64,000 bases of DNA from an uncultured SAR86 cluster bacterium (GCA_902509555.1 CABWYS010000003.1:937-64936); one strand, 5' to 3'. Shown: positions 10,906-22,858, counted from the stretch's first letter. Numbers and translations are program-made. The notes: generated from the letters alone by a model not told the origin.

Positions 10906-12302
10906 GATGGATCCGTTATTTTACCGTTTACTGCCGTCAACGCAGCCATTAAAGGACTCATCAAATGGGTCCTTCCTAGATTGCCTTGTCTGCCTTCAAA
11001 ATTCCTATTAGAAGTTGATGCACAGCGCTCATAAGGCTTTAACTGATCGGGATTCATGCCCAAGCACATTGAGCAACCTGGATCACGCCACAAAAAACCC
11101 GCATCTAGGAAAATTTTATCCAAGCCCTCTTCTTCTGCCTGTGCTTTTACCATTCCAGAACCGGGAACCACAATGGCTTCTGTAATATCTTTTGAGATTT
11201 TCTTACCTTTTACAACAGATGCAGCATCGCGCAAATCTTCTATTCTTGAGTTGGTACAAGAACCAATAAAAATCCTATCAAAACTTAAATCTTGCAGAGT
11301 CTTTGAGTTATCTAAACCCATATAAGTTTTTGCAAGTAATAAGTTTTCATGACTTACTTCGTTGATATCCTCTTGAGAGGGAATATCTGCATCAAAATCT
11401 ATAGTCATTTCGGGGGAAGTACCCCAAGTTACTTGAGGTTTAATCTTTGAAACATCAATATTAATTGTTTGATCAAAATTTGCATCTGGATCTGATTGTA
11501 AGGTCTGCCAATATTCACTAGCTTTGCCGAACATTGAATCTGAAAGGTTTGAATGTTTTTTCACATAGTCAAGAGTAGTTTCATCAACTCCAGCAAGGCC
11601 AACTTTTGCTCCAGCTTCAATAGCCATATTGCAGATTGTCATCCTAGACTCCATTGAAGCAGATGATATATATGAACCTGAAAACTCAATAGCGTGGCCA
11701 GTGCCGCCAGCAGTTCCAATTAACTTAATCAAATGCAACACAATATCTTTTGAAGTAACGCCTCTTTGAGGATTACCGTTAAAATTAATTAGCATATTTT
11801 TTAGCTTAGTAATTTTTAAACATTGCGTAGCTAAAACATGTTCGACTTCAGACGTCCCTATGCCCATAGCCAAACACCCAAACGCACCATGAGTTGAAGT
11901 ATGAGAGTCGCCACAAACAATGGTCATACCTGGTAGCGTGTATCCAAGCTCTGGACCCATCACATGAACAATACCCTGTTTATTTGATGTTATATCAAAT
12001 TGATGAATACCAAAATTATTACAGTTTTTATCAAGCTCAACTACCTGAATTTTAGCTACCTCATCTTCAATTGAAGCTATATTAAATGAATCGCCTCGAT
12101 CTGTAGGTACATTGTGATCAGGAGTAGCAACGTTTGCGTCAAGCCGCCATGGTTTCAATTGTTTGTGCCTTAGACCTTCAAAAGCTTGAGGTGAGGTAAC
12201 TTCATGTAGATAATGCCTGTCAATGTAAATTAATGACTCACTAGTATCATCAGTTTCAACTAAATGCTCATCCCAGAGCTTGTCATATAGAGTAACTGGC
12301 AT
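10902..12302 (-). CDS. leuC: 3-isopropylmalate dehydratase large subunit
   Basis: Aconitase-family motifs ([26 protein letters not shown]). The track ORF runs to 12332. [13 protein letters not shown] at 12302 is the canonical LeuC N-terminus and avoids overlap with aroC. Confidence 0.93.
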   Translation of the reverse strand: MPVTLYDKLWDEHLVETDDTSESLIYIDRHYLHEVTSPQAFEGLRHKQLKPWRLDANVATPDHNVPTDRGDSFNIASIEDEVAKIQVVELDKNCNNFGIHQFDITSNKQGIVHVMGPELGYTLPGMTIVCGDSHTSTHGAFGCLAMGIGTSEVEHVLATQCLKITKLKNMLINFNGNPQRGVTSKDIVLHLIKLIGTAGGTGHAIEFSGSYISSASMESRMTICNMAIEAGAKVGLAGVDETTLDYVKKHSNLSDSMFGKASEYWQTLQSDPDANFDQTINIDVSKIKPQVTWGTSPEMTIDFDADIPSQEDINEVSHENLLLAKTYMGLDNSKTLQDLSFDRIFIGSCTNSRIEDLRDAASVVKGKKISKDITEAIVVPGSGMVKAQAEEEGLDKIFLDAGFLWRDPGCSMCLGMNPDQLKPYERCASTSNRNFEGRQGNLGRTHLMSPLMAALTAVNGKITDPS

Positions 12303-12303
12303 A

Positions 12304-13389
12304 TTATTTCTTAAATGGAGCCGATTGATCAATCGTTCCGCATTGGGCTTGGTTTCTTAGCAAATGATCCATAAGAACTAAATTTACCATTGCTTCTGCT
12401 ATAGGAACTGCTCGAATCCCAACACAAGGATCATGCCGACCAGTTACCTCAACCTCCACTTCATCACCAGCAGCATTGATTGTTTGACCCTTTGATTTAA
12501 TGCTTGATGTTGGCTTGATAATAAATTCTAGTTCGATTAAATCGCCATTTGTAATTCCACCAAGAATACCCCCAGCATTATTTGATTTGAAGCCATCCTG
12601 CGTCATTTCATCTCTAACCTCAGAACCTCTCAAATCCATCATATTGTGAGTATTCCCAATGCTAACTGATTTAACAGCATTAATACTCATAATCGCTTTT
12701 GCTAAATCTGCATCAAACTTATCAAATACTGGTTCGCCAAGACCAATGGGGCAGTTTGTTACTCTTACACCAAGCTTTGCTCCAACTGAATTACCCTCTT
12801 CAATCAATTCAGAAAACATTACATCAAGATCTTCTAATTTAGAGTCATCAGCAAAAAAATACTTGTTAGACTTAGCATTTTTTAAATTGATAGTATCTGC
12901 TGAAATGTTACCTATTTGATTAACGTAACCATCAGTATGAATACCATGAGAATTAAGATATTTTTTAGCAACCGCTCCCGCTGCTACTCTCATGGTGGTC
13001 TCTCTGGCACTTGATCTGCCTCCGCCTCTATAGTCTCTATGACCATATTTTGCTTGATAAGTAATATCAGCATGATTAGGGCGAAATACATCTTTGATAT
13101 TGGAATAATCTTTTGATCTTTGGTCTTCGTTATAAATAATTAAACTGATTGGAGTTCCCAAAGTCTTGCCCTCAAATACGCCAGACAGAATTTCCACAAT
13201 GTCGTTCTCTTTTCTTTGAGTTGTTACATCAGACTGGCCTGGTTTTCTTCGGTTTAGCTCAGATTGAATATCATCGGTTGAAAGCTCTATTTGTGGTGGG
13301 CAACCATCTATAATACACCCAAGAGCTTTCCCATGGCTTTCTCCATAAGTTGTTACTTGAAACAATTTTCCAAATGTATTCCCTGACAT
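12304..13389 (-). CDS. aroC: Chorismate synthase
   Basis: 361 aa. [21 protein letters not shown]-terminus and a [10 protein letters not shown] loop. Confidence 0.95.
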   Translation of the reverse strand: MSGNTFGKLFQVTTYGESHGKALGCIIDGCPPQIELSTDDIQSELNRRKPGQSDVTTQRKENDIVEILSGVFEGKTLGTPISLIIYNEDQRSKDYSNIKDVFRPNHADITYQAKYGHRDYRGGGRSSARETTMRVAAGAVAKKYLNSHGIHTDGYVNQIGNISADTINLKNAKSNKYFFADDSKLEDLDVMFSELIEEGNSVGAKLGVRVTNCPIGLGEPVFDKFDADLAKAIMSINAVKSVSIGNTHNMMDLRGSEVRDEMTQDGFKSNNAGGILGGITNGDLIELEFIIKPTSSIKSKGQTINAAGDEVEVEVTGRHDPCVGIRAVPIAEAMVNLVLMDHLLRNQAQCGTIDQSAPFKK

Positions 13390-13423
13390 ACGCGGAATTA
13401 TAGACCAAAAAGCTTATTAGAGC

Positions 13424-14113
13424 CTATCTAAGGGTTGATAGACCTCCATCAACGTTTATTGTTTGACCAGTAATCCAATTATCTTTGGCAGAAAAAAGGT
13501 TGTATATAACACCAGCAATCCTCGCAGGATCTCCAATGGTGTTTAATGGATGCCTTTCTTCAGAGGATTGTAATTTTTTTTCATTGTTAAGAAGGTGTTC
13601 AGCCATTGGAGTATTGGTTAGGGAGGGAGCAACACAATTTATAGCTACTCTTGGCGCAAGTTCAGAAGCAAGACTTCTAGCAAAACCTTCAAGCGCGGCC
13701 TTAGATGCTGCAATGGAAGAATGAAATGTCATTCCATTCTTGGCAGCTACAGAGGAAATGAATACAACCGAGGCTCCATCATCTTTTTTAAGATTAGGTA
13801 AAACTTTTTTGATGATATTAAAAGCGCCCTCAACATTGATTCTAAAATCGTCTCTAACATCAGAAATATCCATTCTTTGAATTGATTTAAGTGAGATAGA
13901 GCCCGGGCAATAAAGTAATGCATCAATAGAGTCAGGCAAAGTATCTAGTCCAGATAAATCTTCATTTGGATCTAATTGAATAAAGTTCTTTAAAGGTATA
14001 TCAATTATTGATCTAGAAGTTGCAATAACGTTATCACCTTGTGAATTGGCGAGCTTAATTACCTCCTGACCAATTGAAGAGTTGCCACCTATTACCAAGA
14101 TATTTTTTTGCAT
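13424..14113 (-). CDS. Short-chain dehydrogenase/reductase family protein (atypical active site)
   Basis: 229 aa. Rossmann VIGGNSSIG, NVEGAF, ISSVAA, and a PG-like C-terminal segment. The canonical YxxxK reads IAASK. Confidence 0.72.
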   Translation of the reverse strand: MQKNILVIGGNSSIGQEVIKLANSQGDNVIATSRSIIDIPLKNFIQLDPNEDLSGLDTLPDSIDALLYCPGSISLKSIQRMDISDVRDDFRINVEGAFNIIKKVLPNLKKDDGASVVFISSVAAKNGMTFHSSIAASKAALEGFARSLASELAPRVAINCVAPSLTNTPMAEHLLNNEKKLQSSEERHPLNTIGDPARIAGVIYNLFSAKDNWITGQTINVDGGLSTLR

Positions 14114-14154
14114 GATTAAGAAATATTTTTATCAGAAGCTATTACAATATATTT

Positions 14155-16158
14155 GTGATGATAAAAAAAATTTCAAGTGCTTGTTTGCTCTTAGCTATCT
14201 TAAGCCTAGTCCTGAGTTCTTGCTCAATGATTGAAAAGAACTCAACTTTTGAAGTTAGTAATCGATACGATGTCTTTATTAACAGAGATTTTTGGGGAGT
14301 TCCATATATCAAAGGTCAAACAGATCAAGATGTTGCGTTCGGCATAGGCCTAGTTCATGCAGAAGATGCATATGAGGATCTTGTGGAATTGATGCCATTA
14401 TATCGAGGTCAAAATGCAATTTATAATGGTCTTGATAGTATTGAGACTGACTACATTGTTAGGTTATTAAAAGTTCATTCAAATGTAAGGAGTATTGGGA
14501 AGAAACAACTTTCTCAAAATATACTTTCCATGGCCCAAGCATATGCGGATGGAGTAAACACATATGCTAACAAACATCCAGACAGGGTGAACCCTTCCCT
14601 CCACCCAATTACTCAAGAAGATGTTCTTGCCGGATCATATATTCAACATCTTTTTTTTGCAGGCTTAGATAGAGACTTATCTCAGATGGCTGCAGACGAC
14701 AAAACATCAATTCCAACTGGATCGAATGCAATAGCCATTAACTCAATAAAAGCAGATTCAAATGCTGCTTACCTTCTAATTAATTCGCATCAACCCTTAT
14801 CTGGTCCGGTTGGTTGGTATGAATTAAATATAGAAAGTAAATCAGGGTGGCATGGACATGGTGGCAACTTTCCAGGATCTTTTTTAATTAACGTTGGCTT
14901 TAATAAAGATATTGGCTGGGGCGCTACCGTAAATCGCCCCGATGTAATGGATATATTCGAACTCACAATTAATCCAGAGAATTCAAATCAATATCTGCTG
15001 GATGATAAGTGGGAATCTTTTAAGATTGAAGAGGATTATTTAGCATTCAAACTTTTTGGTTTTTTGAAACTACGTACAAAGCAAAAATTTAGATACTCAA
15101 AGTTTGGTCCTGTTTTGGAAATGAAGGGAAAGTATTTTGCTCTTAGGCACATAAATCAGAACTCTTTTAATGAAATAGAGGGGTGGTATGAAATTGGTAA
15201 CTCAACCAACGTATATGAATTTGAGAAACAACTTGCAAAAAGAAAAATTCCTAGTTTCAACTTTGTAACAATGGATTCTAAAAGGAATATTGGATATTTT
15301 TATAATGGTAGAATTCCTGTCAGAGCCGACGCTTTAAAAGCAAGGCAAGTTTTAAGAAGTTCAAGCTCTAATGATATTTGGGATGATAGTAAACTAATTC
15401 GTGATCTACCTAAGTTTATCAATCCCTCCAATGGGTGGATTCAAAGCACTAATCAAAATCCATATTCTGTGATGGGAAATCATTCCCTAGCAATGAAATC
15501 GATGAAAAAAAACGTTCATTTTGAACAGAGACTAACAAATAGGTCCTATGTGGCGAATGAGCTTCTTTCTTCAAATGAAAGCATTGATTTGGACCGATTT
15601 ATTGAAATCAAATTTGATAACTCATACTCAAAAAATTCAAGGCAATATAAATATCTGGAATCAGTTGCTAAAAATGACAGAAATCTTGAGCTGATATTGC
15701 AAAATTGGAATAGAAAAACTGATCTCAATAATACCGATGCTGCACTAGGAATGTGCTTGATGGCACAAGAGTGGATTTCAGAAATGAATAGTAAACCTAC
15801 CCCCTCATTCAAATCAGCAAAACAAGAATGCGATAGCCTTTTTCAGAAAATTCAAAGAAACTATTCTGATCGGTGGGGTTTGATTAATACTATTTCTAGA
15901 GGCTCAAGAACTTATCCAATTCAAGGCTCAGTTGATACCTTGAGAGCTGTTTATGGAACGCCTAATGCAAAAACCAAGAGTTTAAATATGTCCGGAGGTG
16001 ATGGTCTGTTCTTTATTATTGCTGAAGACGACAACGGTAAAACAATTTACGGCATGCATAATTATGGATCATCTAGAAAGGAGTCTTCTGTCCATTATTC
16101 TGACCAAACATTCTTATTTAGCCAAGAAGCACTTAGATTTATTCCAATGAGCCTTTAA
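14155..16158 (+). CDS. Penicillin/acyl-homoserine-lactone acylase family Ntn-hydrolase lipoprotein (S45)
   Basis: 667 aa. Lipobox [15 protein letters not shown]...[12 protein letters not shown] alpha-chain motifs. Candidate autoprocessing nucleophile in [11 protein letters not shown] 14155 or ATG 14158 start. Confidence 0.8.
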   Translation: MMIKKISSACLLLAILSLVLSSCSMIEKNSTFEVSNRYDVFINRDFWGVPYIKGQTDQDVAFGIGLVHAEDAYEDLVELMPLYRGQNAIYNGLDSIETDYIVRLLKVHSNVRSIGKKQLSQNILSMAQAYADGVNTYANKHPDRVNPSLHPITQEDVLAGSYIQHLFFAGLDRDLSQMAADDKTSIPTGSNAIAINSIKADSNAAYLLINSHQPLSGPVGWYELNIESKSGWHGHGGNFPGSFLINVGFNKDIGWGATVNRPDVMDIFELTINPENSNQYLLDDKWESFKIEEDYLAFKLFGFLKLRTKQKFRYSKFGPVLEMKGKYFALRHINQNSFNEIEGWYEIGNSTNVYEFEKQLAKRKIPSFNFVTMDSKRNIGYFYNGRIPVRADALKARQVLRSSSSNDIWDDSKLIRDLPKFINPSNGWIQSTNQNPYSVMGNHSLAMKSMKKNVHFEQRLTNRSYVANELLSSNESIDLDRFIEIKFDNSYSKNSRQYKYLESVAKNDRNLELILQNWNRKTDLNNTDAALGMCLMAQEWISEMNSKPTPSFKSAKQECDSLFQKIQRNYSDRWGLINTISRGSRTYPIQGSVDTLRAVYGTPNAKTKSLNMSGGDGLFFIIAEDDNGKTIYGMHNYGSSRKESSVHYSDQTFLFSQEALRFIPMSL

Positions 16159-17615
16159 AAAGAATTCTTTTCTACTGTAAATAACTCTTGAAAATCTAGG
16201 ACACTCATAGACTCAAGCGCATCTTGATCAAGGCACTGAGATAAAATAGCAGTAACTTTTTCATTTTCAAAAATTTTACCGAGATTATTCTCAAATTTCT
16301 TTTCTAAAACAGGTATTCCCTCCTCTCTTCGACGCTTGTGACCTATTGGGTACTCGACTTCAATAGCATCTGTTGAAGAGCCATCATTAAAAAATATCTG
16401 TATTTTATTAGCTATAGATCTTTTATCAGCTTCTAAGTACTCATCTGTATATCTCTTATCCTCTTTGATTGTCATCTTTTCTCTAAGCTGATCAACTCTT
16501 GGGTCGCTGGCAACATCATCCTCGTAATGCTCTGCAATAAGATCCCCGTGAATTAAACCTATTGCAATCATATATTGCAAACAATGATCTCTATCAGCCG
16601 GATTATTTAGCTGTCCTGATTTAGAAATAATTCTAATTGCAGATTCATGAGTCGTGACCTCAATATTAGCTATATCGTCAAGCCGATCTTTGATTTGAGG
16701 ATGCAATGTAACTGCGGCCTCTACAGCTGTTTGTGCGTGAAACTCTGCAGGGAAGCTAATTTTAAAAAGAACATTCTCCATAACATAAGAACCAAACGGT
16801 TGGCTCAGAGATAATTTTTCTCCCTTAAAAGAAACATCTTCAAAGCCCCATGTTGGAGCTGATAAAACGCTTGGATATCCCATTTCACCAGAAAGAGTTA
16901 TAAGCGCAAGTCTAACCGCTCGACTGGTAGCGTCACCGGCGGCCCAGCTTTTTCTAGAACCAGCATTCGGTGCATGACGATATGTCCTAAGACTTTGACC
17001 ATCCACCCAAGCTTGACTTACCGCATCCATGATTTGATCAGTATTTCCACCAAGCAATTTCGTGACAACAGCTGTTGATGCAACTTTTACAAGCACAACA
17101 TGATCCAAACCAACCCTATTAAAGCTATTTGTAAGAGCCAAAACTCCTTGGATTTCGTGAGCCATAATCATGCACTCTAAAACATCTCTCATTGTTAAAG
17201 GGTCTTTACCAGCTGCAACATTTTCCTGAGAAACATAATCTGCTATTGATAGAATTGCACCAAGATTATCTGATGGATGGCCCCATTCAGCAGCCAACCA
17301 TGTATCGTTATAGTCCAGCCATCTAATAATACAGCCTATATCAAAAGCACCTTTTACAGGGTCAAGTAAAAAATTAGTCCCGGGAACTCTTACTCCGTTA
17401 GGTACATTCGTGCCTGGAACAATGGGACCAAGCATTTTTGTGCATGCAGGAAAAGTTAATGCCAATAACCCACAACCAATAGTGTCTATTAAACAATTTC
17501 GAGCGGTTGAAAGAGCTAGCTCCGAGTTAATATCTTGCTTTGAAACATATTCTGCAATTTCTACAAGCAAAGAATCGGGACCTGACCTTATATTCAGTTC
17601 AACATTATTTGACAT
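16155..17615 (-). CDS. prpD: 2-methylcitrate dehydratase
   Basis: 486 aa, MmgE/PrpD-family size and sequence character. Immediately downstream of prpB-prpC. Confidence 0.88.
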   Translation of the reverse strand: MSNNVELNIRSGPDSLLVEIAEYVSKQDINSELALSTARNCLIDTIGCGLLALTFPACTKMLGPIVPGTNVPNGVRVPGTNFLLDPVKGAFDIGCIIRWLDYNDTWLAAEWGHPSDNLGAILSIADYVSQENVAAGKDPLTMRDVLECMIMAHEIQGVLALTNSFNRVGLDHVVLVKVASTAVVTKLLGGNTDQIMDAVSQAWVDGQSLRTYRHAPNAGSRKSWAAGDATSRAVRLALITLSGEMGYPSVLSAPTWGFEDVSFKGEKLSLSQPFGSYVMENVLFKISFPAEFHAQTAVEAAVTLHPQIKDRLDDIANIEVTTHESAIRIISKSGQLNNPADRDHCLQYMIAIGLIHGDLIAEHYEDDVASDPRVDQLREKMTIKEDKRYTDEYLEADKRSIANKIQIFFNDGSSTDAIEVEYPIGHKRRREEGIPVLEKKFENNLGKIFENEKVTAILSQCLDQDALESMSVLDFQELFTVEKNSF

Positions 17616-17618
17616 GAT

Positions 17619-18740
17619 TTACTCCCTATCTTCGAGGTCAACCCAAGCGGAAGTCTCAGGACCTGTATATTCTGCACTTGGTCTAATAATTCTATTATTT
17701 GCCCTTTGCTCCATGCAGTGAGCAGTCCAACCTGTAACTCTAGACATTACAAAGATCGGAGTAAAAAGTTTTGTTGGAATTCCTAGATAGAAATATGCTG
17801 AAGCGTGAAAAAAGTCTGCATTTGGGAATAATTTCTTCTCATCCCACATTACCTGCTCGACCTCCTCAGACACTTGGTACAAAGAATCATCGCCGTATTC
17901 TAGAGATAATTCTTTAGAAAACTCCTTTATCACAGCATTTCTTGGATCTCTTTCTGAATATACCGCATGTCCAAAGCCCATGATTTTGCCTTTATTAGCA
18001 AGCATATCCAATATTTTGTTTTTAGCTTCATCCCTTGTCTTCCAGTTTTCAATCATCTCCATTGCAGCCTCATTCGCACCTCCATGCAAAGGGCCCTTAA
18101 GAGAACCTATGGCAGCTACGACACAAGAGAAAATATCTGACATTGTTGAAGCGCAAACCCTTGCAGTAAAAGTAGAAGCATTAAATTCGTGCTCAGCATA
18201 TAAGACCAAGGAAGCATCCATGACTCGTCTATGAAGGTCTGAGGGAGACTTACCAAGGAGAATATGTAAAAAATGACCTGCCATTGTATCTTCATCATTT
18301 ATCAGACTGATATCTTCACCATCATGAGAAAATTTATACCAGTAAGTAACAATTGATGGCATCGTTGCAACCATTCGATTGATTGAATCCATTTGTGCAT
18401 CCATTGACTCCTCAGGCTCAAGGTTTCCTAGCATTGAGCATCCTGTTGCCATAACTGCCATTGGGTGAGCTGATGCAGGTATTTCTCTAAGAACCTTCTT
18501 TAAGGAATCGGGAAGATCTCTTAAACCTTTCAATAAGGATTTATAATTTGATAATTCAGATGTGTTGGGCAATTTACCGTAAAGAAGAAGGTATGCAACC
18601 TCTTCAAATGTTCCTTTTTCAGCCAATGTCTCAATTTTATGACCTCTATAAGCCAGGCCTTCTTCTTGCCCAACCGTACATAGCGATGTCTCACCCGCAA
18701 CTTGACCGCGTAGCCCAGCTCCTTCTAACTTCTTAACCAT
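17619..18740 (-). CDS. prpC: 2-methylcitrate synthase
   Basis: 373 aa citrate-synthase fold (GPLHGGANE, GFGHAVY). Flanked by prpB and prpD. Confidence 0.9.
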   Translation of the reverse strand: MVKKLEGAGLRGQVAGETSLCTVGQEEGLAYRGHKIETLAEKGTFEEVAYLLLYGKLPNTSELSNYKSLLKGLRDLPDSLKKVLREIPASAHPMAVMATGCSMLGNLEPEESMDAQMDSINRMVATMPSIVTYWYKFSHDGEDISLINDEDTMAGHFLHILLGKSPSDLHRRVMDASLVLYAEHEFNASTFTARVCASTMSDIFSCVVAAIGSLKGPLHGGANEAAMEMIENWKTRDEAKNKILDMLANKGKIMGFGHAVYSERDPRNAVIKEFSKELSLEYGDDSLYQVSEEVEQVMWDEKKLFPNADFFHASAYFYLGIPTKLFTPIFVMSRVTGWTAHCMEQRANNRIIRPSAEYTGPETSAWVDLEDRE

Positions 18741-19622
18741 TTACTTATTCTCCTTCCTTTTAAATAATTCATCTAACTTTTGTTCAAATGAATGATAGTT
18801 TAAATACTCATACAGTTCATCTCTTGTTTGCATTTTATCAATTGAATTTGCTTGAGATCCGTTTGCAATAATGTCTTGATACACACCCTCTGCAGCTTTG
18901 TTCATTGCCCTAAAAGCTGATAATGGAAATAGCATTATGTCAACTCCAACTGATGCCAGTTCCTCTGAAGTAAAAAGAGGAGTTTTCCCAAACTCAGTGA
19001 TATTTGCAAGAACAGGAACTTGTAATGCGCTTTTTAATTGCTTGTAATCTTCTAAACTAGATACAGCCTCTAAAAATAACCCATCTGCACCAGCTTCAAT
19101 GTATTCCTTGGATCGTTCAATTGCGCCGTCCATTCCCTCAGTTGCATATGAATCTGTCCTTGCCATGATAAAAAAACTTTCGTCAGTGCGAGCATCAACA
19201 GCGGCTTTGATACGATCACTCATTTCAATTTTGTCGACAAGATTTTTATTTGGCCTATGGCCACATCTTTTTTGAGTCACTTGATCTTCAATATGAACAG
19301 CCGCAACATCTGCAGCAATCATCTCTTTGATAGTTCTGCCAATGCTAAATGCGCCACCAAAACCAGTGTCAATATCAATCAAAAGAGGTAGGTTTGTTGC
19401 TTGAGTGATTCTTCTTGAATCATCGGCGACATCATTTAAGGTTGTGATGCCTAAATCGGGTAGCCCAAAAGATGCAGTTGCAACTCCTGATCCAGATAGA
19501 TAAAGCGCTTTGTGGCCAGCTTTCTCAGCCATTTTTGCACAATAAGCATTTACTGCGCCGACAACCATTAAAGGGTTGTTATCAGCTATAGCTTGTCTGA
19601 ATTTTTTCCCCGGAGTATTCAT
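18741..19622 (-). CDS. prpB: Methylisocitrate lyase
   Basis: 293 aa. ICL/PEP-mutase family with a KRCGH catalytic loop and IDTGFGG. Confidence 0.92.
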   Translation of the reverse strand: MNTPGKKFRQAIADNNPLMVVGAVNAYCAKMAEKAGHKALYLSGSGVATASFGLPDLGITTLNDVADDSRRITQATNLPLLIDIDTGFGGAFSIGRTIKEMIAADVAAVHIEDQVTQKRCGHRPNKNLVDKIEMSDRIKAAVDARTDESFFIMARTDSYATEGMDGAIERSKEYIEAGADGLFLEAVSSLEDYKQLKSALQVPVLANITEFGKTPLFTSEELASVGVDIMLFPLSAFRAMNKAAEGVYQDIIANGSQANSIDKMQTRDELYEYLNYHSFEQKLDELFKRKENK

Positions 19623-19661
19623 TGGTTCGTATTGTACTTTGCCAAAGGTATGTTTCCCAAA

Positions 19662-20324
19662 TTAATTATAGAATTTAATACCTCTAATAATTCGATCTTT
19701 GTTATTTTCTTGGCGCCATTTGTTGGTGTCCCTCAAACTGTATACACAACCACAGTATTCTTGTTGGTAAAACTCTTCTCTTTTTGAGATTTCGATCATT
19801 CGTGAGGAGCCACCTTTTTTTCGCCAATTAAAATCCCAGTAATGAATATCAACATATCGGTTTGCAGCCCTGATGCCCGAATCATTGATTTGATCCATAT
19901 TTTTCCATCGTGAAATTCCAAGGGTAGTTCCATAAACTTTAAAACCATTTTCATGAGCATAAAGAGCTGATCTTTCAAATCTCATATCAAAGCATTGAGT
20001 GCATCTTTTTCCTCTTTCAGGCTCATTCTCTAAGCCCTTCACCCTCTCAAACCAGTTTTCTTTATCGTAATCTGCATCTACAAAATTAAATCCAAGCATG
20101 TCACAAAATCTCTTATTTTCATCTTTTCGAATCTCATATTCTTCTTGGGGATGAATGTTCGGATTATAAAAATAAACTGTTGTCTGAATATCTGATGCTG
20201 CAACAGCTTCCATGATTTCTCCTGCGCATGGTGCGCAGCAACTATGAAGTAGAAGTTTTTTTTCATCTCCAGGCATCTCTAGCTTTGGTCGAGAAAAATT
20301 ATTTAACGAAAACGGATTATCCAT
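19662..20324 (-). CDS. queH: Epoxyqueuosine reductase QueH (DUF208)
   Basis: 220 aa. [11 protein letters not shown] motif and a C-terminal YCGCVYS cysteine cluster typical of DUF208. Confidence 0.8.
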   Translation of the reverse strand: MDNPFSLNNFSRPKLEMPGDEKKLLLHSCCAPCAGEIMEAVAASDIQTTVYFYNPNIHPQEEYEIRKDENKRFCDMLGFNFVDADYDKENWFERVKGLENEPERGKRCTQCFDMRFERSALYAHENGFKVYGTTLGISRWKNMDQINDSGIRAANRYVDIHYWDFNWRKKGGSSRMIEISKREEFYQQEYCGCVYSLRDTNKWRQENNKDRIIRGIKFYN

Positions 20325-20329
20325 AAATA

Positions 20330-20929
20330 TTACTTAAAGTCTCTTAAAGCATTCAAAAGATTAGGATATTCATTAAAACATTGTATTTCAGGCATTGATT
20401 TAGAGATAGTTTCAGGCGCATTAATAAAAAAACCTTGGTCTGCAACTTCAAACATTTGTAAATCATTAAACGAATCTCCTACAGCTAAACAGCTGTAGCC
20501 CATAGATTGAAAACCTAAGATTGCTTGTTTTTTTGCTTGCAAATCTCTTAACTTGTAACCAAGAATATTGTCCTCAGCATCAACATCTAGGGTATGACAA
20601 AGCAAAAGAGGGTAACTAAGCTTTTTCATTAATGGGTATGCAATCTCATGAAAAGTATCAGATAGAATTACAACTTGGAATTCTTTCCTAACCTGATTCA
20701 AGAAATCTAGAGCTCCATCGAGCAAATCTAATTTCTTAGTTACCTCAACTATGTCAGCGAGCTTAAGATTATTCTCTTTCATTACCTTAATTCTGTAGTC
20801 CATTAGATCAGAATATGAGGGTATATCTCTAGTGGTTTTGTTTAACTCAGAGATGCCAGAATCAACAGCAACCTGTTCCCATATTTCTGGGGTAAGAGTC
20901 CCCTCCATATCAAGACAAACTATATCCAT
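20330..20929 (-). CDS. thrH: ThrH-like HAD phosphatase (phosphoserine phosphatase/homoserine phosphotransferase family)
   Basis: 199 aa. N-terminus [21 protein letters not shown] closely resembles Pseudomonas ThrH. HAD motif GDSFND. Confidence 0.68.
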   Translation of the reverse strand: MDIVCLDMEGTLTPEIWEQVAVDSGISELNKTTRDIPSYSDLMDYRIKVMKENNLKLADIVEVTKKLDLLDGALDFLNQVRKEFQVVILSDTFHEIAYPLMKKLSYPLLLCHTLDVDAEDNILGYKLRDLQAKKQAILGFQSMGYSCLAVGDSFNDLQMFEVADQGFFINAPETISKSMPEIQCFNEYPNLLNALRDFK

Positions 20930-20931
20930 TA

Positions 20932-21825
20932 TTAATTCCTATTTTTAATCCCGAATGGTACATGAGCTGAAGTAACTTTTGCAGACGCATCTGTAATATT
21001 TTGCTGCTGGTCATCAAAAAATATATCTGCCTCAAATGATTTTAAAAATTCTGACTTATTCATGCCTCCTAAAAAAAGAGACTCATCAATCCTAACTCCC
21101 CATTTTCTTAACGTTTTAATAACTCGCTTATGGGATGGGGCTGATCTAGCAGTTACAAGAGCTGTTCTGATAGGGTTTACGCCTGAGTCTAGTTCAGATT
21201 GAAGTTTATTGAGTTCAACTAAAAATGATTTAAAAGGCCCCGCCTTCAACACTGATTTCTTCTTTCGCTCATTATCCAAGAAAGCTTTCAAACCCTCTTC
21301 TTCAAATACTTTTTCAGATTCATCAGAAAAAATAACTGAATCGCCATCAAAAGCTATCTTAAGAAGATCGCCTCCTTTAACTTTTTTCTTAGCTTTTGAT
21401 GGAATAATTCTTGCAGATGGAACATTATTTTCAATGGCCATCTTAACGTCATCTTTACTACTAGATAAAAATAAATCTACTCCAAATGCTTTTACATACT
21501 TGTAGGGACTTTCTCCGCCACAAAAAACGGCACGAGTAATATTTAGTTTATGAGCTTCAATTGAATTAAACACCCTAAGACCAGTGTCTGCTGTGTTTCT
21601 AGACAATAGAATCACTTCTATCCTATCAGTGGGCTCGTAAAGCTCATTAATTTTTAAAATCTTAGTTACCAGATTGAAAGCTTCACCCGGATCCAGTATT
21701 TCATTTTCATTTTGAATTTGATGATTGCGGTAAGCTTCAATACCATCATTTTCAAAGATTTGATGACTTTGACTTAAATCAAAGAGTGCTCTTGAAGATA
21801 TGCCGATTACTAATTTTGAGTTCAT
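20932..21825 (-). CDS. 5'-nucleotidase family protein (PF06189-like)
   Basis: 297 aa. The IGISSRALFDL N-terminal signature is what I recall for this bacterial 5'-nucleotidase family. Confidence 0.55.
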   Translation of the reverse strand: MNSKLVIGISSRALFDLSQSHQIFENDGIEAYRNHQIQNENEILDPGEAFNLVTKILKINELYEPTDRIEVILLSRNTADTGLRVFNSIEAHKLNITRAVFCGGESPYKYVKAFGVDLFLSSSKDDVKMAIENNVPSARIIPSKAKKKVKGGDLLKIAFDGDSVIFSDESEKVFEEEGLKAFLDNERKKKSVLKAGPFKSFLVELNKLQSELDSGVNPIRTALVTARSAPSHKRVIKTLRKWGVRIDESLFLGGMNKSEFLKSFEADIFFDDQQQNITDASAKVTSAHVPFGIKNRN

Positions 21826-21865
21826 GATTTTTAAAGAAAGTTGCAGTTATATATTAAAATTTATA

Positions 21866-21885
21866 TACTGTAAAAATATACAGTA
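21866..21885. promoter_or_regulatory. LexA (SOS) box upstream of lexA
   Basis: TACTGTAAAAATATACAGTA, a perfect TACTG-N10-CAGTA palindrome. It ends 8 nt before the lexA ATG at 21894. Confidence 0.88.
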
Positions 21886-21893
21886 TAAATAAT

Positions 21894-22511
21894 ATGAAAG
21901 AATTAACAAAACAACAATCAAAAGTTTTAGCTTGTGTAGAAGTTTATCTCAATAAAACTGGTTTTCCACCAACTCGAGCCGAAATATGCAAAGAGTTAGG
22001 TTTTAAATCTCCTAATGCAGCTGAAATGCATCTAAGAGCTCTTGAAAAGAAGGGCTATATTGCAATTCAAAGTGGATCTTCAAGAGGAATATCTGTTGTT
22101 AAAAGCCAACAAAATTTTACACAAAGCCCTGATCAAATGCCGGTCATTGGATTAGTTGCTGCAGGCTCTCCTACCCTTGCTGAGGAAAATATTGAAAAAA
22201 GAATTCCATGCGACCCAAACATGTTTGCTGATAGCTTTGATTATTTTTTAAAAGTGAAGGGGCTTAGCATGATCGAGGCAGGAATTCATGAAGATGATCT
22301 AGTGGCAATTAAAAAAACAACAGATGTAAAAAATGGTGATCTGGTTGTTGTGCGGCTTGAAGATGAAGTGACTTTAAAATATTTCAAACAAAACAATCAC
22401 AACCTTGAACTAATTCCAGCTAACAAAGATTTCTCAATAATCGAAGTTGATCTTAGGGAGCAAGAAGCGTTTGTTGAGGGCAAGAGCGTGGGTTTAATTA
22501 GAACTCACTAA
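21894..22511 (+). CDS. lexA: LexA repressor
   Basis: 205 aa. Winged-helix N-terminus (LTKQQSKVL...GFPPTRAEI), Ala-Gly cleavage site (VAAGSP), Ser (GLSM) and Lys (TLKYF) of the S24 peptidase dyad. Confidence 0.95.
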   Translation: MKELTKQQSKVLACVEVYLNKTGFPPTRAEICKELGFKSPNAAEMHLRALEKKGYIAIQSGSSRGISVVKSQQNFTQSPDQMPVIGLVAAGSPTLAEENIEKRIPCDPNMFADSFDYFLKVKGLSMIEAGIHEDDLVAIKKTTDVKNGDLVVVRLEDEVTLKYFKQNNHNLELIPANKDFSIIEVDLREQEAFVEGKSVGLIRTH

Positions 22512-22765
22512 TGAAGAACTACTGGTTTTTTTCTTAAGCTATTTTTTTCACTGTCAAAAAAGTCGTCGAAGTCGATTGAATTTCCACTAACACTTTCTAT
22601 TCCAGCTCGTATCATTTCTTTGGCAACTGAAAGTTCTGAGCCATTTAAAAATTCTTTAGATTCACCAGAAAACTCAATTTTAACTATTGGATTCTCATGA
22701 TCATCAGATCTTCTCAAGACGATTGTGCCGTCAGGGAGTTGGGTTAGCTCTAGATAATTAGACAT
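22508..22765 (-). CDS. Hypothetical small acidic protein
   Basis: 85-aa ORF, the only long frame in this interval. Same strand as the downstream topA. No recognisable motif. Confidence 0.4.
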   Translation of the reverse strand: MSNYLELTQLPDGTIVLRRSDDHENPIVKIEFSGESKEFLNGSELSVAKEMIRAGIESVSGNSIDFDDFFDSEKNSLRKKPVVLH

Positions 22766-22858
22766 ATATATTTATTCTTAAACTGTAACACCCTTCACAT
22801 AGATAATAAAAGGCTTCGTAATTAATATAAGAACTAATTAAAATTATTCAAGGAATAA

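Noticed and set aside
12303-12332. 10-codon N-terminal extension of leuC ([10 protein letters not shown]) overlapping the aroC 3' end.
   Set aside because: [13 protein letters not shown] at 12302 is the conserved LeuC start, so the extension is probably just open frame.
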